Positions 26,386 to 39,910 of a stretch of 64,000 bases of DNA are shown here, in pieces (within the stretch, counting starts at the first letter, position 1; the number at the start of each line of letters is the position of its first letter). Under the pieces are notes generated by a model. It saw nothing but the letters and a program-made list of their open reading frames with translations, did no database searches and had not been told where the DNA came from. Source of the DNA: Vicugna vicugna (taxonomy: Eukaryota); contig MU058781.1 of the NCBI GenBank assembly GCA_013265495.1, forward strand, positions 12,011,009 to 12,075,008, written 5' to 3'. The position numbers were made by a program, and so were the translations under genes.

Positions 26386-28095
26386 AAGAAAAATTGCTTA
26401 ACAAACAGAAAATCAGTGACTTTTCTTATATCTGCCAGAGAATTGAGGTTACAAGGCAGACTGTCACCCTGGAAACTTGAGAGATGGTAATACAGAGAAT
26501 CACAGTGAATCAAAACTGAGATGAGCTTATCAGGAACAGAAGATAGTGGAGCCAGTGACTCAAGAATGCTTTGAAAGTGCTTAAAATTGATGAATTGCTG
26601 GAGGCTTAGTGTGGACTAGTTAAAGAGTTAAAAACTCCTAGGAACTAAGTTTTAGGGAGGCCCTAAAACTTTCATGGGTTTTAGTTGCAAGAGCCTCAAC
26701 AAATTATCACAGTAAAGATTGGGGGATAATTCACTCATATTTCTGACAGAGGGAAGGGAAAAAGTAACCATTTTTTTATAACAGAGACTTACTATCCAGG
26801 GGAATATTCTAGAGCCTTCTCTGACCTAGTGGAAGACAGGCCACTGCAGCCCCCTCCAGCCTTCCTGTTTCATATAAGGGAGGGGAGAGAGGAAAAAAAA
26901 AAAAAGCCAAGAAACACTTCTGACCCTATTGTATTTACATCACACACCAAGTGTAATGATAGTGATTTACAACTGAGCAAAGCTGTAAGATACTCTCTTT
27001 TAGAAGGAGCTTCTAGAGAACCCAAGAACAGCAGGGGAGACAAAAACAAGGTCAATAGAAGAAAGTAAAGCATCTGGCACATACAGTTATAGCAGACATT
27101 CAACACAACCCAGCCTCTAGCCGGATTAGCGTAAAAACCTCGCCTATAAAGACTGATTACCTCAGTTCCTGTTACTAGATACATCATATCTGGCTTTCAA
27201 CAAAAAATTGCAAGGGGTGCTAAAAGACAAGAAAAAACGCAGTGTGAAGAGACAAAGCAAGTATCAGAACTAGACTCAGCTATGATGCAGATTTTGGAAT
27301 TATCAGAATAACTGTGTTCAATATATTAAGGGTTCTTATGGAGAAAGCAAAACACATGTAAGCACAGATAGGTAATAAAAGCAGAGAGATAGAAACTCCT
27401 AGGAAAAAAATCGAAAGGAAGTGCTAGAGATCAGAAATGCTGTAAGAGATGAAAAAAATGCCTTTTCTGAGCTCATCAGTGGACTGGACACAGCGGAGGA
27501 AAGAATCATTGAGCTTCGAACTATGTCAGTAGAAACTTGCCAAACTGAAATGCAAAGAGGAAAAACAGAACAGAGTATCCCAGAATTGTGGGACGGTTAC
27601 AAAAGATTGAATGTTCATTTAATGGGGATACCAGAAGGAAAAGAAAGAGAAAGTAACAGAAGAAATATCTAAAGTCATAATGACTGAGAATTTTTCCAAA
27701 ATTAATGACAGATCAGGGATCTCAGAAAACACCAAGCAGAATAAATTTTTTTAAAAATTACATAAAAGTATATCATATTCAAATTGCAGAAAACCAAAGA
27801 CAAAGAGAAAATGTTGAAAGAAGCCAGAGGAAAAATACACCTTACCTATTGGGAAATAAGAATAAGAATCATGTCAGACTTTGAGTCAGAAATCATGCAA
27901 GCAAGAAGAAAGTGGAGTGAACTATTTAAAGTGTTGAAGGAAAAAACCCAACAGCCTAGAATTCTGTATTTAGAAAAGTTTTCCTTCAAAAATAAGGAAT
28001 AAAGAATTTCTAAGATAGCAGTGGTACAAGGGATGAAAGGGAGAAATTGGCAATACTCTCTAATCTGCTACCTGCTTTACTTGTGAAATGGTGTC

Positions 28096-28276
28096 TAATT
28101 GACTCTTGCACAGCATGAGAGTTAATCCCAGTATAACGCAGAGTTGGCCCTCCTTCTCTGCATCTATGGATTCATCCAATCATGGACCGTGTAGTACTGT
28201 AGCATTTACTATTGAAAAATACCCGTTTATAAGTGGTCCTGTGTAGTTCAAATCCGTGTTGTTCAAGGGGCAATTG
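28096..28276 (-). mobile_element. Tigger2a-like MITE inserted in L1
   Basis: TAATTGACTCTTG...GTTGTTCAAGGGGCAATTG|TA; homologous in reverse to 10322-10537. Confidence 0.8.
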
Positions 28277-30543
28277 TAATGTTATTTGAAAGAGGAGTTG
28301 GATTAATTGTAAATATATATTGCAAACAGTAGGTCAACCACTAAAATATTTAGAAGGAAGTATAATTAATCTAAGAAAGGAGACAAAAGTGCAATCATAT
28401 ATAGTACTTAAAAACCAGAGAAGGCGAGAAAAGAGGGGAGGATCAAAGAAGAAACAAAGCACATATGCAGAGTCTGTAAATGTTAATTACAAAATTTGTG
28501 GGTATTTAAAAATGAAAATTGGTGACTTTAAAGCTCATATTTATTGGAGTTTTTTTTTTCCTATAATACTTACTATGCTCTTAGATATTCAAGTTTTCAT
28601 TTTAACAACTCTGGAAGAAATGTGGCTCTTTAATTTTACTCTACTAAAGAACAATACTGTGACTCTATACTCAATCTTTATGGGGTTTTTTTTTTAAATA
28701 TAAGATTCCTTTATTACAATACCGAGGGAGTTTATTTGTTTTTGTTTATTTTTTGCCTCTTGTGCTGTGGCTGTTTTCAGCAGTGAGACTAAAGATGTCT
28801 GACTGTCTCCAGATCACTGCTGCCCAGTGTGGCAAGTGTGATAATGACCTGCCTGAGTCAGGCCCCCATCCCTAGCCTCTAGGATATGGGCTCTCTGTCT
28901 TGGTTTTTAATGGTGCATGGAAAAAAGTTTACCCTGTTAATTAAAGATGCAAATAGTTTGTGGTGATGTCTACATGGCTATTGTTAAAGACACTTAAGCA
29001 TTGTTTTTCTTCCTTTCCGTTCCACTAGCTTTTAGAAATGAACTTTGAATTTTTTTTTTTTTTTCCTAAAATACTCCCTTCAGGCTCAGTTGGTGAGACA
29101 CCATTGGTGTATCTGGGGAGGATCTGGAAATGTGTGGGCCAGCCTTGAGTGCAGTGCCTGTGTGTGAGTTGAGCCTTCTGATTAAACAGGCTTCATTCAG
29201 AGCTGGCCCACAGCCAGTGCTTAATGAGGCCAAATATAAAAGAACAAATAACAAAACAATAGCACCCAGAGCTGGGTGGCAATGTGTGCCTGTCATATTT
29301 TAGGCAGAAATCTTTTTTTAGCAAAAGCATTTTATCTTGATGGTAATGTCACCTTGGAAAGAGATGACTTCTTGGGAAGCAGCAAGAGAAAATTAATGTA
29401 ATATAATGTCTTGGTATTAATGTGTCACTTTAATGATGCTTCATTTCAAGGATCTTTTCATTTTTATAATTTCTTGATTTATGTTTAATAGAATGATACA
29501 TTTTGTTCTGCTTTATAGTTTCCAGGGGTAATAGTAATTATAGTCTGTATTTTAATTGTTCCTAATTGGTATTAAGTTGTAGTCATTTTAACATATGCAA
29601 AATTAAAATGAAAATGTAATAATACTAAAAGCCTCACAGTTATTAGAAGTTCTTAACCAGGGTCCTATAGTGACAAATTAGAAGCCAAATGGTTAAGTTG
29701 TATTATTAAAACAAATAAAAACAACTTCTGGAACAAAAAAAAAGATAGCATAGTTAATTATCTCAAATTATTCTTTAAAAAAACACCTTAATAGGTATTC
29801 ATCATTTCCCAATTGTTAATCTTCCATTTTTTTTGTTCAACATAAATCCATTGCATATTGTTCTTAAATACTTTATTTCAATTTAGTTATCGTTTGTACA
29901 TTTGAATTTATCATAAAACATTGTCTATGTAGAAAAATACAGATTGTCAAGCAAGTTCAAGATGTCTCATTTTCTGTAGAAAGCATTTTCTCATTTGTGG
30001 TAATTTTGCTATAATCATTCCTATTTTTGAGAACATATGTAAACCTGATGGGCTAAGGAAACTGGTGTATGGCTTTGGGTTGAACCAGCCTGCGTTCTTC
30101 CAATTTTGTACCTATTTTCTCCATTTTTTTCTTTCAAATAAAGAATTTTCCAAGTGCTGCTGGATTCTACCACTGGCATAAGGCTAAGAGGTTCAGAAAG
30201 TACCATCCACGCACCACAGGGATATTTATTTAGCTTCTGAACTAAAGACACAGGAAAGCCATGAGAAATCACTAAATGGGATCTCTAACCCTACAGACAG
30301 TTAAGCACTTGCTGATCTTTGTCAATTACTGAGTCACATAAAAATGACTCCTGTTACCTGCACGTTAAATTTCTAACTAGAAATGCCCATGATGCAGCTT
30401 AGCGATAGCCAGTTCCCCCGTTACTCGTTTTGCGGGGTCAGCGCCCTGGCAGGCCGTGTAAATCAGATGCTTGGGTCTTCAGTTCAGCAGCTGGCTGTTT
30501 GACTTCTAACTTAACTCTCTGCTGAGTTGAAATGTGTTCTTGA

Positions 30544-30687
<144 letters not shown>

Positions 30688-31189
30688 TAGACTCATGCTG
30701 AACTGACCCTTTTAAGAGCCAGGCACAAAGGATTTCTATCGTTTGAATCATTCCTGATGGGACAGTTAAGAACCTGTTTCTGAAGATAGCAGTAAATGTA
30801 AGCAGAGTTTGGAGGAGGATGTAGAGGAAGGAAAATGTAGGTTAATTCTAATGCTAAATATGCACTTTTCATTGTCGATGATTTGGTGCTTTGTAAGGTG
30901 AACCTTAGATTTCTATACAACTATTAGGAACCCTTGATTATGGATGATAAAATCTGAGGGTAATCAAATTTGCTGCTGTGGAGAATTCTGTTCCTTTTCT
31001 TTTATTCCCTCTCACTTCTGTGAGTACGAAATAAATTCCCAGAGTCTTCTGAGTAATCAGGAAGCTGTTGAATGTTAATTAACACTTGTGCTGAAGAGCA
31101 ACTGAAGTGTTTTTCTCTTTTACTTCATTCTTCTTCTCTCTGCCCACCTTTAGAATAAAAAATTAGGGAATTTTTTTCTCCAAAAGTGT

Positions 31190-32110
31190 TACCCAAAACC
31201 AAGGATCATAAGGTATTTGAGGAAAACCTGTAGGAAGTCAAAGAAAGAACAAGATGAACCAAACTGAGCTCAGATGCTTCAGAGTACAGCAGAGAACTTT
31301 AAAATATATATATATTTTAGTTAGTAAGTTCAGTGGGACTTGAGAGAATATTATATCCATAAAATAGGAATTGGCTGCTATGAAAAGGAATACTCAGAGA
31401 AAAAGAAACAGTACTTAGCAATTGAAAATATGGAAACTGAAATATAGAATTAAATTAACTGGTAGGGTACAAATTAAGCTGTTTCTCTGGGAGAAAAGAG
31501 AAAAAAATGCAGTAAAAAGACAGGTAAAAAATATGAGAGAAAAGCAAGTCAAAATAGTGAATAGATTAAAAATGACCAATAGCCTTCTAACAGGAACTTC
31601 AAAATTTAAAGAGAGACAATAGAAAAAAGTTAAAAAGAGAGAAAATAATAGAAAAGCTTTCCTTATGAATCTTGGGGTTGATACGACCCACTGAAATTTA
31701 TCTGAATGAATCGGTGAAGGCCCACACCTGGTCAGAACACTGAGAATAAAGGGAAAAAATCAAAGAGCTCCAGAGAGAATAAACAGGCTATCCTACCAGG
31801 GAACTAGAACCAGTTCTCAGCATCCATCTCAATTACTAGAGGCAAATGAGGTTCAGAGGGGAATTTGTTTTGGAATAAGAATTCTATATCTAGCCGTTTT
31901 ATCAAACAGACATGAGTGCAGAATAAAGCCATGTTTGGACATGGACTCAGAAATTTCCCCCCCCATATTCCATATGCAAAAAGTTTTTTTTGAGGAAATT
32001 TTCCAGCATAACAAAGGAAAATAAAGTGTACAATATGAGGTATCAATAAGAAACTGTAGCAGAAATGAAACCATATAAGTCATAAAAGCGGAAAGAAAGC
32101 TTTAAAAAAT
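31190..32110 (+). mobile_element. Highly decayed L1 ORF1 region (L1ME-like)
   Basis: A-rich purine bias; gacttctc-like ORF1 3' motifs (ttctcagcatccatctcaattactagaggcaaatg, aattctatatctagcc). Confidence 0.55.
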
Positions 32111-32249
32111 TGCCGCTTGGGACAGTCTGCTTGGAGCTGCAGAATTAAAAGACATAAGATTACGTTTCTTTCTCTATGGATCCCATAATTGTAATTCTGT
32201 ACCTGGCATTTTAGTGGGTTTAAAATTTTAATATCAATGTAGATAAGAA

Positions 32250-32547
32250 GGATTTCCATTTTCATTTGTCTCCAGGTAATTTTTACTTTCCTCTTTGATT
32301 TCTTCAGTGATCCATTGGTTTTGTAGTAGCATATTGTTTAGCCTTTATGTGTTTGTGTTTTTTGCAGTTTTTGCTTGTGGCTGACTTCTAGTCTCATACT
32401 GTTGTGGTCAGAAAAGATGCTTGATATGATTTCAGTCTTCTTAAATATATTGAGAATTGCTTTGTTGGCCTAGCACGTGATCTGTCCTGGAGAATGTTCC
32501 AAGTGCACTTGGAAAGAATGTGTATTCTGCTGCTTTGGGATAGAATG
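32250..32547 (-). mobile_element. L1 ORF2 endonuclease-domain fragment
   Basis: Track ORF 32441..32698(-) ends FYPKAAEYTFFPSALGTFSRTDHVLG, matching the L1 EN motif EYTFFSxxHGTFSRIDHILG. Confidence 0.88.
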
Positions 32548-33684
32548 TCATTTTAAGTTTTTGTTGTTCCTTCTTCTTAAAAGAGAATGAAAGAAAGGTG
32601 TCCATAATAAATGCATTATGTATAATCTTCCAAGTAGGTAAAATTATGTGAATGACTGCATAGATATGCGTAGAGATTTGTGAAAGGGTGTTCACCAAAA
32701 TATTGGTTATCTCAGGTACTGTGATTAGGCGAGTATTACTCTCTTAGATTTCACAGTATTGTATTTGAATTAAAGTATTTGAATGCTTTACAGTAAGCAT
32801 GTTTTATTTGTGTAAGAAAGAGTAAAGTGATATGTATTGAGAAAAAGAAAAACAGTAATTATGGATATTAGTGAAGTAGCAGGGAGTTTCGAGAAAGAAA
32901 ACATTATTTTGACTTTACCAGTGCCTTAAAAATCAAATTTTTTTTTCCTGCAAGGGATTAATATTAGCTTTTAGTACTTTTTAGTTCACTGTTATTTCCT
33001 GGTTTTAGCATTTAACATCAGAAGCAATGAGAATGCTAAAATTTACAATGAACCTTTGCCTTGGGTTCCCTTATGAGTTACCATAATACAGGCTTTTCTT
33101 CCTGCATTATACAGCATCCTTCCAACTTTTTTCCTCGTCTGCAGGGTTTTTGCTCATCCAAAAAATTACTGCCACAACCTTTAATGCTAATTCTTAAAAG
33201 TTAGTTTCGTCTTCTCAATCGAGAGACAATTATACACAGGAGGCATATATAGATGTTTAATTCTGCATGGGTGACATCATTCTGAATTATTTGAGTCATT
33301 ATGTAGTAGATATATTGCCACCTTTTCACTTTGGGGATTTCTTAGGACATGATGATTAGCAGTTTTCAGACTTTGATTGTTTCAGTTGCCTTAGGAGAGA
33401 TTTATTGCCTTCTTAGTGAAACTTCTTATTGAAGTCTCCAGAAATCTGAATACAGAAAGAATAGACCCTCTGTGACTAGTGCTCCTGCCAATCGCACAGC
33501 CAGTCATCATTCCCCGGTGACGCTGAAGGGATTAAAATATGTTTTAATGAAACATTGAAGCCTCATAATGGTTTATGTATTTGCTTTTGCCTCTTGTCTT
33601 TGTTTAGGGAAAACCTTCACAAGACTCAACACACTTCACCTCTGCTTCTGATCTCTCCTTTCCCATTTTATAAAGCCTCTTAAT

Positions 33685-33884
33685 CAAGAGTCAGCACACT
33701 TTTTCTATAAAACCAGATAGTAAATAGGCTTTACAGCCCATTTGGTCTCTGTTGCAACCACTCAACTGTGCTGTTATAGAGCAAAAGCAGCCATAGACAA
33801 TAGCTCCATGAATGAGTGTGGCTGTTCCAATAAATCTTTATTTATAAAAACAGCTCAGAATCACCTATAGTTTGCCAACCTCTG
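33685..33884. mobile_element. MER58A-like hAT-Charlie MITE
   Basis: ggtctctgttgcaaccactcaactgtgctg...gcagccatagacaata...gtggctgttccaataaa...tagtttgccaacctctg. Confidence 0.8.
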
Positions 33885-33899
33885 CTAAGTTTTCTCACC

Positions 33900-35430
33900 C
33901 TTAAAAAAAGATACTTCTGTTGCCTACAGCTGTTTACTCAGCACACTCTTTCCTTCCTTTCATGTGCAGATTTTTATACTTGCTTTCATGACTTCTTTGT
34001 CACCTTTCAGAATGTGCCCTCTGTCCCTCCTATCTCTGCTGAAATGTCTCTCAATGGTCCTGGTCACCAAGTCAGAGGCCTTTTCTCCCTCTTCATCTTC
34101 ATCATGATGAAAGGAGGTAGTGGATGTAGTGATTAGGAACTTGGGCTCTCAAGTCAGATGACCCGGATTTAAGTACAGGCTCTGCTAAGTCCCTCTCAGT
34201 GGGAACTGATGTTAGTCACTTACTAACCTCGTTGAGGCTTGCTAAGTGGGGATGATGACTCCGAACGTGCTGTGACGATGAAATGAAATAATGTGTGCAA
34301 AGTACTTGGCTCCTCACTAGTAAACATTATTTGTTGCTACATTTTTATTATCACGATTGACCGTCTCATCTTTTGTAAGATGCAGCTCTTGGTTTATTGG
34401 ACAGTGTGCTGTTCTGAATATTTTTCTTCTGCCCTGTGTCTCCTTTCTGCACAATTCTTTCCCCTTTCATCTTCCAAATGCAATCATTTTTCAAAGTTTT
34501 GTACCTCGTGCTGGCTAATCTACCTCTACCACATTAACTCTCTTGTCTGTGGATCCTTCTTCTCAGTCTCTACTTCTTTCCAGAAAAATCCCTTTTTTCC
34601 AACTGCTTGTTCAGCGTCTCCATCCAGATGGCCTTCTGAGATAGCCGGGTCACTAAGACCAAACTCAAGCCTTGGAACAACCAATTTTGACATTTCACTT
34701 AGTGACATTATCGTTCACTGAGGATAGAACTCTTGAAGTCATCTTGGATGCCTCATTTGCTTTCTTCATCCAAGGTCGCTGTGCCTTGCCCAATGACCTT
34801 CAGAGTGTCTTTTGTAGCTGTTCTTTCTGTTTCTACTGCCTGTCCTCTTGCTAAGGCTTTTTATTAACTCCTTCCTAAGCCGTCTTTTATAAGCACTGCA
34901 GGAACTAGCTTATCCATCTTCTGTGTCTCCGTGTGCTTTTAACAGCCCATTTCCCTTATATCAGGGAAGCCAAGGCGCTGGGAGTGTTACAGGGTAAGGG
35001 ATTTTCAGATCCTCCCAATCGTGGGAGGATCTGGGGCAACAGATGCTCTGTGCCTTGGGTGTGGAGTTGCAACTCCTTAGCCTGTGCCTGAGTCTTACAC
35101 TCTCTTGCCTTAGCTTAGCATTCCGGTCTGTCTGCCCACAGTGAAATGCCTCTGTTCCTAATCAGGAAATAGAATCACAGGTGTCTGCAAATGCCTTTGC
35201 TAATGTTTATTCTTTTGCTTACAGTTTCTTTCTTTCTTAATTTGCAGAGATCTTTCAGGACCCAGGCTAAAGCTACCTTCAGCCTTTATGTATATGTGAT
35301 CCTTCCCTTGACTGAAATCCTTTAGAATTTTCTATCATTCATTTATTCACTGAATAAACACTTGTAAGGGTCTGTGATATGGCAGGCACTATTGTCGGAA
35401 ATGGAGGTTCGGCAGTAAACAAAATGTGCT
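33900..35430. mobile_element. Decayed L2 fragments with an inserted MIR (about 34110-34350)
   Basis: Pyrimidine-rich L2-like text (ccaactgcttgttcagcgtctccatccagatg, aactcttgaagtcatcttggatgcctc); MIR tail gtaaacattatttgttgctac. Confidence 0.5.
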
Positions 35431-35764
35431 TGTTCTTCCTATTATATTTTATAAACTTCATTTATTGTTAATTGTGGATATTTCTTTTCACTTCTAGATG
35501 TTTCATCTTGCTTGGTGGTAAAGGGTGTATCTTATTCAGGACTGTATCTCATTCAGTGCTAGGTGTTGAGTATATTTCTCTTGAATTGAATAAAGAAATA
35601 GCCATGGAGGAAGATAAAATTTTCCACGAGTAAGCAATTTGCTGAAACTGAGAACATTTGTAACAAGTTGCAAATAACCAAAGATGGCATTTATTGCTAA
35701 TGGTTCTAAGTCCTGCACCTGGATTCTGTTTCCCGGTATATTCGGAGAAGCCTAAGTATTCACC

Positions 35765-36235
35765 ACTAAGTGTGATATGAGTGGTGGTGTTGCCAAAGAA
35801 GCCAGTTTGACTTACACCACATTAATGAAAGTATACTTTCTACAGTAAAAAGAGTGATAACCCTGTTGAGCTAGCCAGTCCACCACCCTCCTGTGTTACA
35901 GTCTGTTTTGTTGAGAGGGACATGTTTCATGAGGGTTCTAGACAGAAGAGAATTCAGAGAAGTGCCCTGGAGTAGAAGAGGGTAGGTAGGAGTTGGGGAC
36001 CACAGAACGGTAAAAGGAACTGGCAATGTTAAACCTGAATGAAAAATTAATTAGGGAAGAAAAGATAGCTCTGTTCACAATGGGGAGGCTGTCTTGTGGA
36101 AGAGAGCTTGTGACTATGCAGGGTGTTCTCAGGTGAAGACATGGGACCTGTAGAAGGACATGGGAAGACAGATTAGGACTCAAAGAAGACCAGGTCCAAG
36201 AATGACAGTACATTTCCTTGGACGGAAGTGAGCCT
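35765..36235 (+). mobile_element. CR1/L3 LINE 3' fragment
   Basis: aaaggaactggcaatgttaaacctgaa...gatagctctgttcacaat...gctgtcttgtggaagagag resembles the CR1 ORF2 3' end. Confidence 0.55.
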
Positions 36236-37134
36236 CTCAAACTATGGCAGTTACCAGCTTTCCTGGGTTGCTTTAGAGAAATGGAACACTAGGAGTCAGG
36301 GTAAAGTAGGGAGTTTGAAATAGGGAGTCCCCCGCTCACAGATAAAATAAAATAGTCTAAGTACAGTCATCTACCTTGAAGGTCTTTGATGGGATAACCC
36401 AAGAGATGACAGTCGTTCCGACTGCAATCTCCTTTATATTTTTTTCACATTTGTGTGCTTTAGGGAATTGATTGTGAACTGAAAGTCAAGCTCCTTGATT
36501 TCCTGTTTTCAAAATTTTCAGTGTATGCTCTGTGTAATCATTCTGTTTCATCTGAAATAGTTTAACTTTTCCGGGCCTTGAGCTCTTGAGTTGTAAAGCG
36601 TCTGAATGTGCCCCGTCGGGCTGAGCCAGATCTCCTCAAGTGTGTGTTCAGAAGAATCTGTGGGACTTGTGAGGCTTTACGGCTTATTTGAATTGGAGGA
36701 CTAAATTTTTATGTTCCTTTTGGATGTGATTTTAGAAGTTGCACTTAAAGACCATTTTGTTGAGTTCATCTAAACCCTCTCTCCTAGGTGAATGCTTAAT
36801 ACCACCCAATTCAAGACTCTCTCCGGTCTCCCATGATTATTAAAGGCAATCAGTTTTATAGTGCTACATCCACATGCCTCTCAAATTAGTCTTTTGTGGC
36901 CTCCAGTGTATATCAGTTCCTTTCTTAGTATGTGTTTCATTTTGCCTCTTGAAATTAGGTATTCATTCTTGGTGAGATATGAATAATTGATAACTATTTT
37001 TGCTTCGGGAAGGCCCGATCCATACAATAGTTAGTAGAGTTGGGATTTATATCAATTAAGAAGATTTAAAAAAACATATAGTTAGTTCTCTGCAGGGCAT
37101 TGTGTAAATGCAGAAGGTTAAGATGTGATCCCTG

Positions 37135-37260
37135 GAGGTGGGTATAGCTCAGTGGTAGAGCACATGTGTAACATGCCTGAGGTCCTGGGTTCAGTCCCCA
37201 GTACTTCCATTATTTAAAAAAAAAAAAAAGACATTTAAAAAAGACTAAAAAAATAATGAA
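37135..37260 (+). mobile_element. Vic-1-type SINE
   Basis: GGTATAGCTCAGTGGTAGAG...GAGGTCCTGGGTTCAGTCCCCAGTAC plus poly(A); degenerate TSD aagatgtgatccctg / aagatggttccctg. Confidence 0.9.
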
Positions 37261-37692
37261 AAGATGGTTCCCTGCCTACAACCTTAAATTTTAGTCAGAG
37301 AGTTGATTATTACACGAGAAGCATTATTCATGGAACTTCTTTTACCTACGGGGAGCTCCTGGTAGCTCCCTTATGTTGCCTCAATACGTTTGACAGTCAC
37401 AAGAGCCGTTCTTAACAGACATTAACATTAGCATTACTGACCCTTTGTCAAGAGAGTGGTATTTTACTGGATTGTCTTCATAATACATTAGAGAAGATGA
37501 TGGGATAGATGTTTGTGAACCGGATTTTATAGAAGGGAAAGGCAAGAGAGCCGGTGATGTGCTCTGTAATCAGAACTTAAGTCAGCTGGACAGTGTAGTA
37601 AAGTTTCTATTACTGTGGAATTTATGGGGGGAAGGAGAGCTGATTTTTGGCTTCCTATAGTTGTTATCAAATAAATAGACAAGTGTGAATTT

Positions 37693-37800
37693 GGGGGGAG
37701 GGTAATTAGGTTTATTTATCTTAATGGAGGTGCTTGGGATTGAACCCAGGACCTTGTGCATGCTAGGCATACGTCCTACCACTGAGCTATACCCTCCCCT
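37693..37800 (-). mobile_element. Vic-1-type SINE
   Basis: Reverse-strand head GGGGAGGGTATAGCTCAGTGGTAG; TSD aagtgtgaattt (37681) / aagtatgaattt (37805). Confidence 0.92.
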
Positions 37801-38722
37801 CTAGAAGTATGAATTTAAATTAAAAAGAACATTGCTGGATTGTCACCTCTGCCAAATGAATTGTCAAATGGGGATGGTGGGGTGCTAGATTTGTAGGGTC
37901 TCTGGGGGAATTAATTTTTTTCAGAATAGATAACATTCAGCTCCGATCAAAATATTGGAGAAATTTTTTAAACCATATTGTGGTTATCTTTTTCTTCAGA
38001 CATCTTAGCTTTGTTCATACTTCTCTCTATACCTGTAACTATAAAACAGCATAACCTTACCACACTTCTGTAATAGTTTTTGTCTACAATCATGATCTGC
38101 CCTTAAATCCATGGAACGACTGAAAGTGATTCAGATGTAATTAACCTGGGAGAGGGACCTTAATGGACTAGAAACTAGATGTTATTAACTTTATTATTAC
38201 CTCTGCTAATGTAATAAAACCTCAGCTTGTGCTTTTTTTTTGGTGAAAAATTACCTGATATAATTGAACCAATTAAAAAATATTAATTTCCAGGGATGTT
38301 CTGATTTTCATAATATTGAGACCGACTGGCCACGGGCATCATTTTGTCATCATCTCAACTGTCTTGGAATTGAACATCTCCTTTTTCTGGGTCCTCAGTA
38401 CCCGGCAGTATGTCTAACACATAGAGGTTACTCAATAAAAATTAATGGAGAGTTACTATCAAGCAAAATGTCACTGAGTAGCTATGAGATTCGGAATCAT
38501 AAAAAGTATTCACTTTTGTTCTACATGCTGCACTTCCTGAAGGCAGGAAAGGGGACTGAAATCCCTTAAGTGTTTGTCTGGAGTTGATGTTGCCAAAGGC
38601 TTCTTATAGGAATAGATAAATCAGTAATTGGCTGTAAGTTGCCCTCTTGAAGATTCCAGTTAGGAGACGTTTTCTTGCTCATTCACTCCGTGTTTCCTTC
38701 TGTCTGATACTGGCTGTGCTGA

Positions 38723-38938
<216 letters not shown>

Positions 38939-39073
38939 TGAACTTCAGTTTTAGAAACTAGTTCTTTCTTTACCTTTTTAACCCAATTTCAAGGTTACTT
39001 ACAAGTGGCAAAGTGAACTGAGTTAACCTTTGCCTCCTTTCTGTACCCATGCTAATTACCAATAATCAAAATA

Positions 39074-39212
39074 CCATTGTCCCTCGGAATCTGCAGGGGA
39101 TTGGTTCCAGGACCCTCTGCGGATACCAAAATCTGAGGATGCTCAAGTCCCTTATACATAAAATGGTATAGCACAGGTGGCCCTCCATATCCGAGGGTTC
39201 TGCATCCTCTGT
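39074..39212. mobile_element. MER2/MER8-like Tigger MITE fragment
   Basis: gtccctcggaatctgcaggggattggttccaggaccctctgcggataccaaaatctgaggatgctcaagtcccttata. Confidence 0.8.
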
Positions 39213-39688
39213 ATATACTAAAAAGGCAGAGGGTCAGTGTGATTGACAAGAAGTGTAATCAGGTCCTGAGTAACTGAGAGGTAGTTGTGGTTTCAGTGAA
39301 TGACAACTTATTTAAAATTATTCTACTTCCAAGTTGACAGCATGAAACTACCCTTTGTTATCTCTGAAAGGAATCTTTTCTCACACGAGAATTTGGTCCC
39401 CAAAGTGTGACTTAGTAGAGAAAGGACTACCTGGGAGTCAGGAAACCTGGGATCTGGTTCAGGCTCTCCTATTGGAATCACACAATTATTGAATCATATG
39501 AGTAGGAGGAACCTAGTCTCATACCCCAGATGAAGACATTAAGGCACAAAGAGGGGGTAATGTACTGCTCCTATGGTTTCAAGGCTGGTCCTCAGTTTAT
39601 TAATCTGTATAAAGGGTCTTTGGTTAAGAGCATCTTACATTATCCCTAATATTTCTCTACCTTTGTACTAACTGTGCCATGACTTTGA

Positions 39689-39910
<222 letters not shown>

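Larger units (their letters stand above)
26155..28470 (+). mobile_element. Old L1M element: 5'UTR, decayed ORF1 and inter-ORF region, carrying nested SINE and Tigger insertions
   Basis: Track ORFs 27421..27672 (LISGLDTAEERIIEL...LMGIPEGKERE) and 27784..28002 (KEKMLKEARGK...MQARRKWSELFKVLKEK..QPRILY) are L1 ORF1p-like, broken by frameshifts and stops. Confidence 0.85.
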
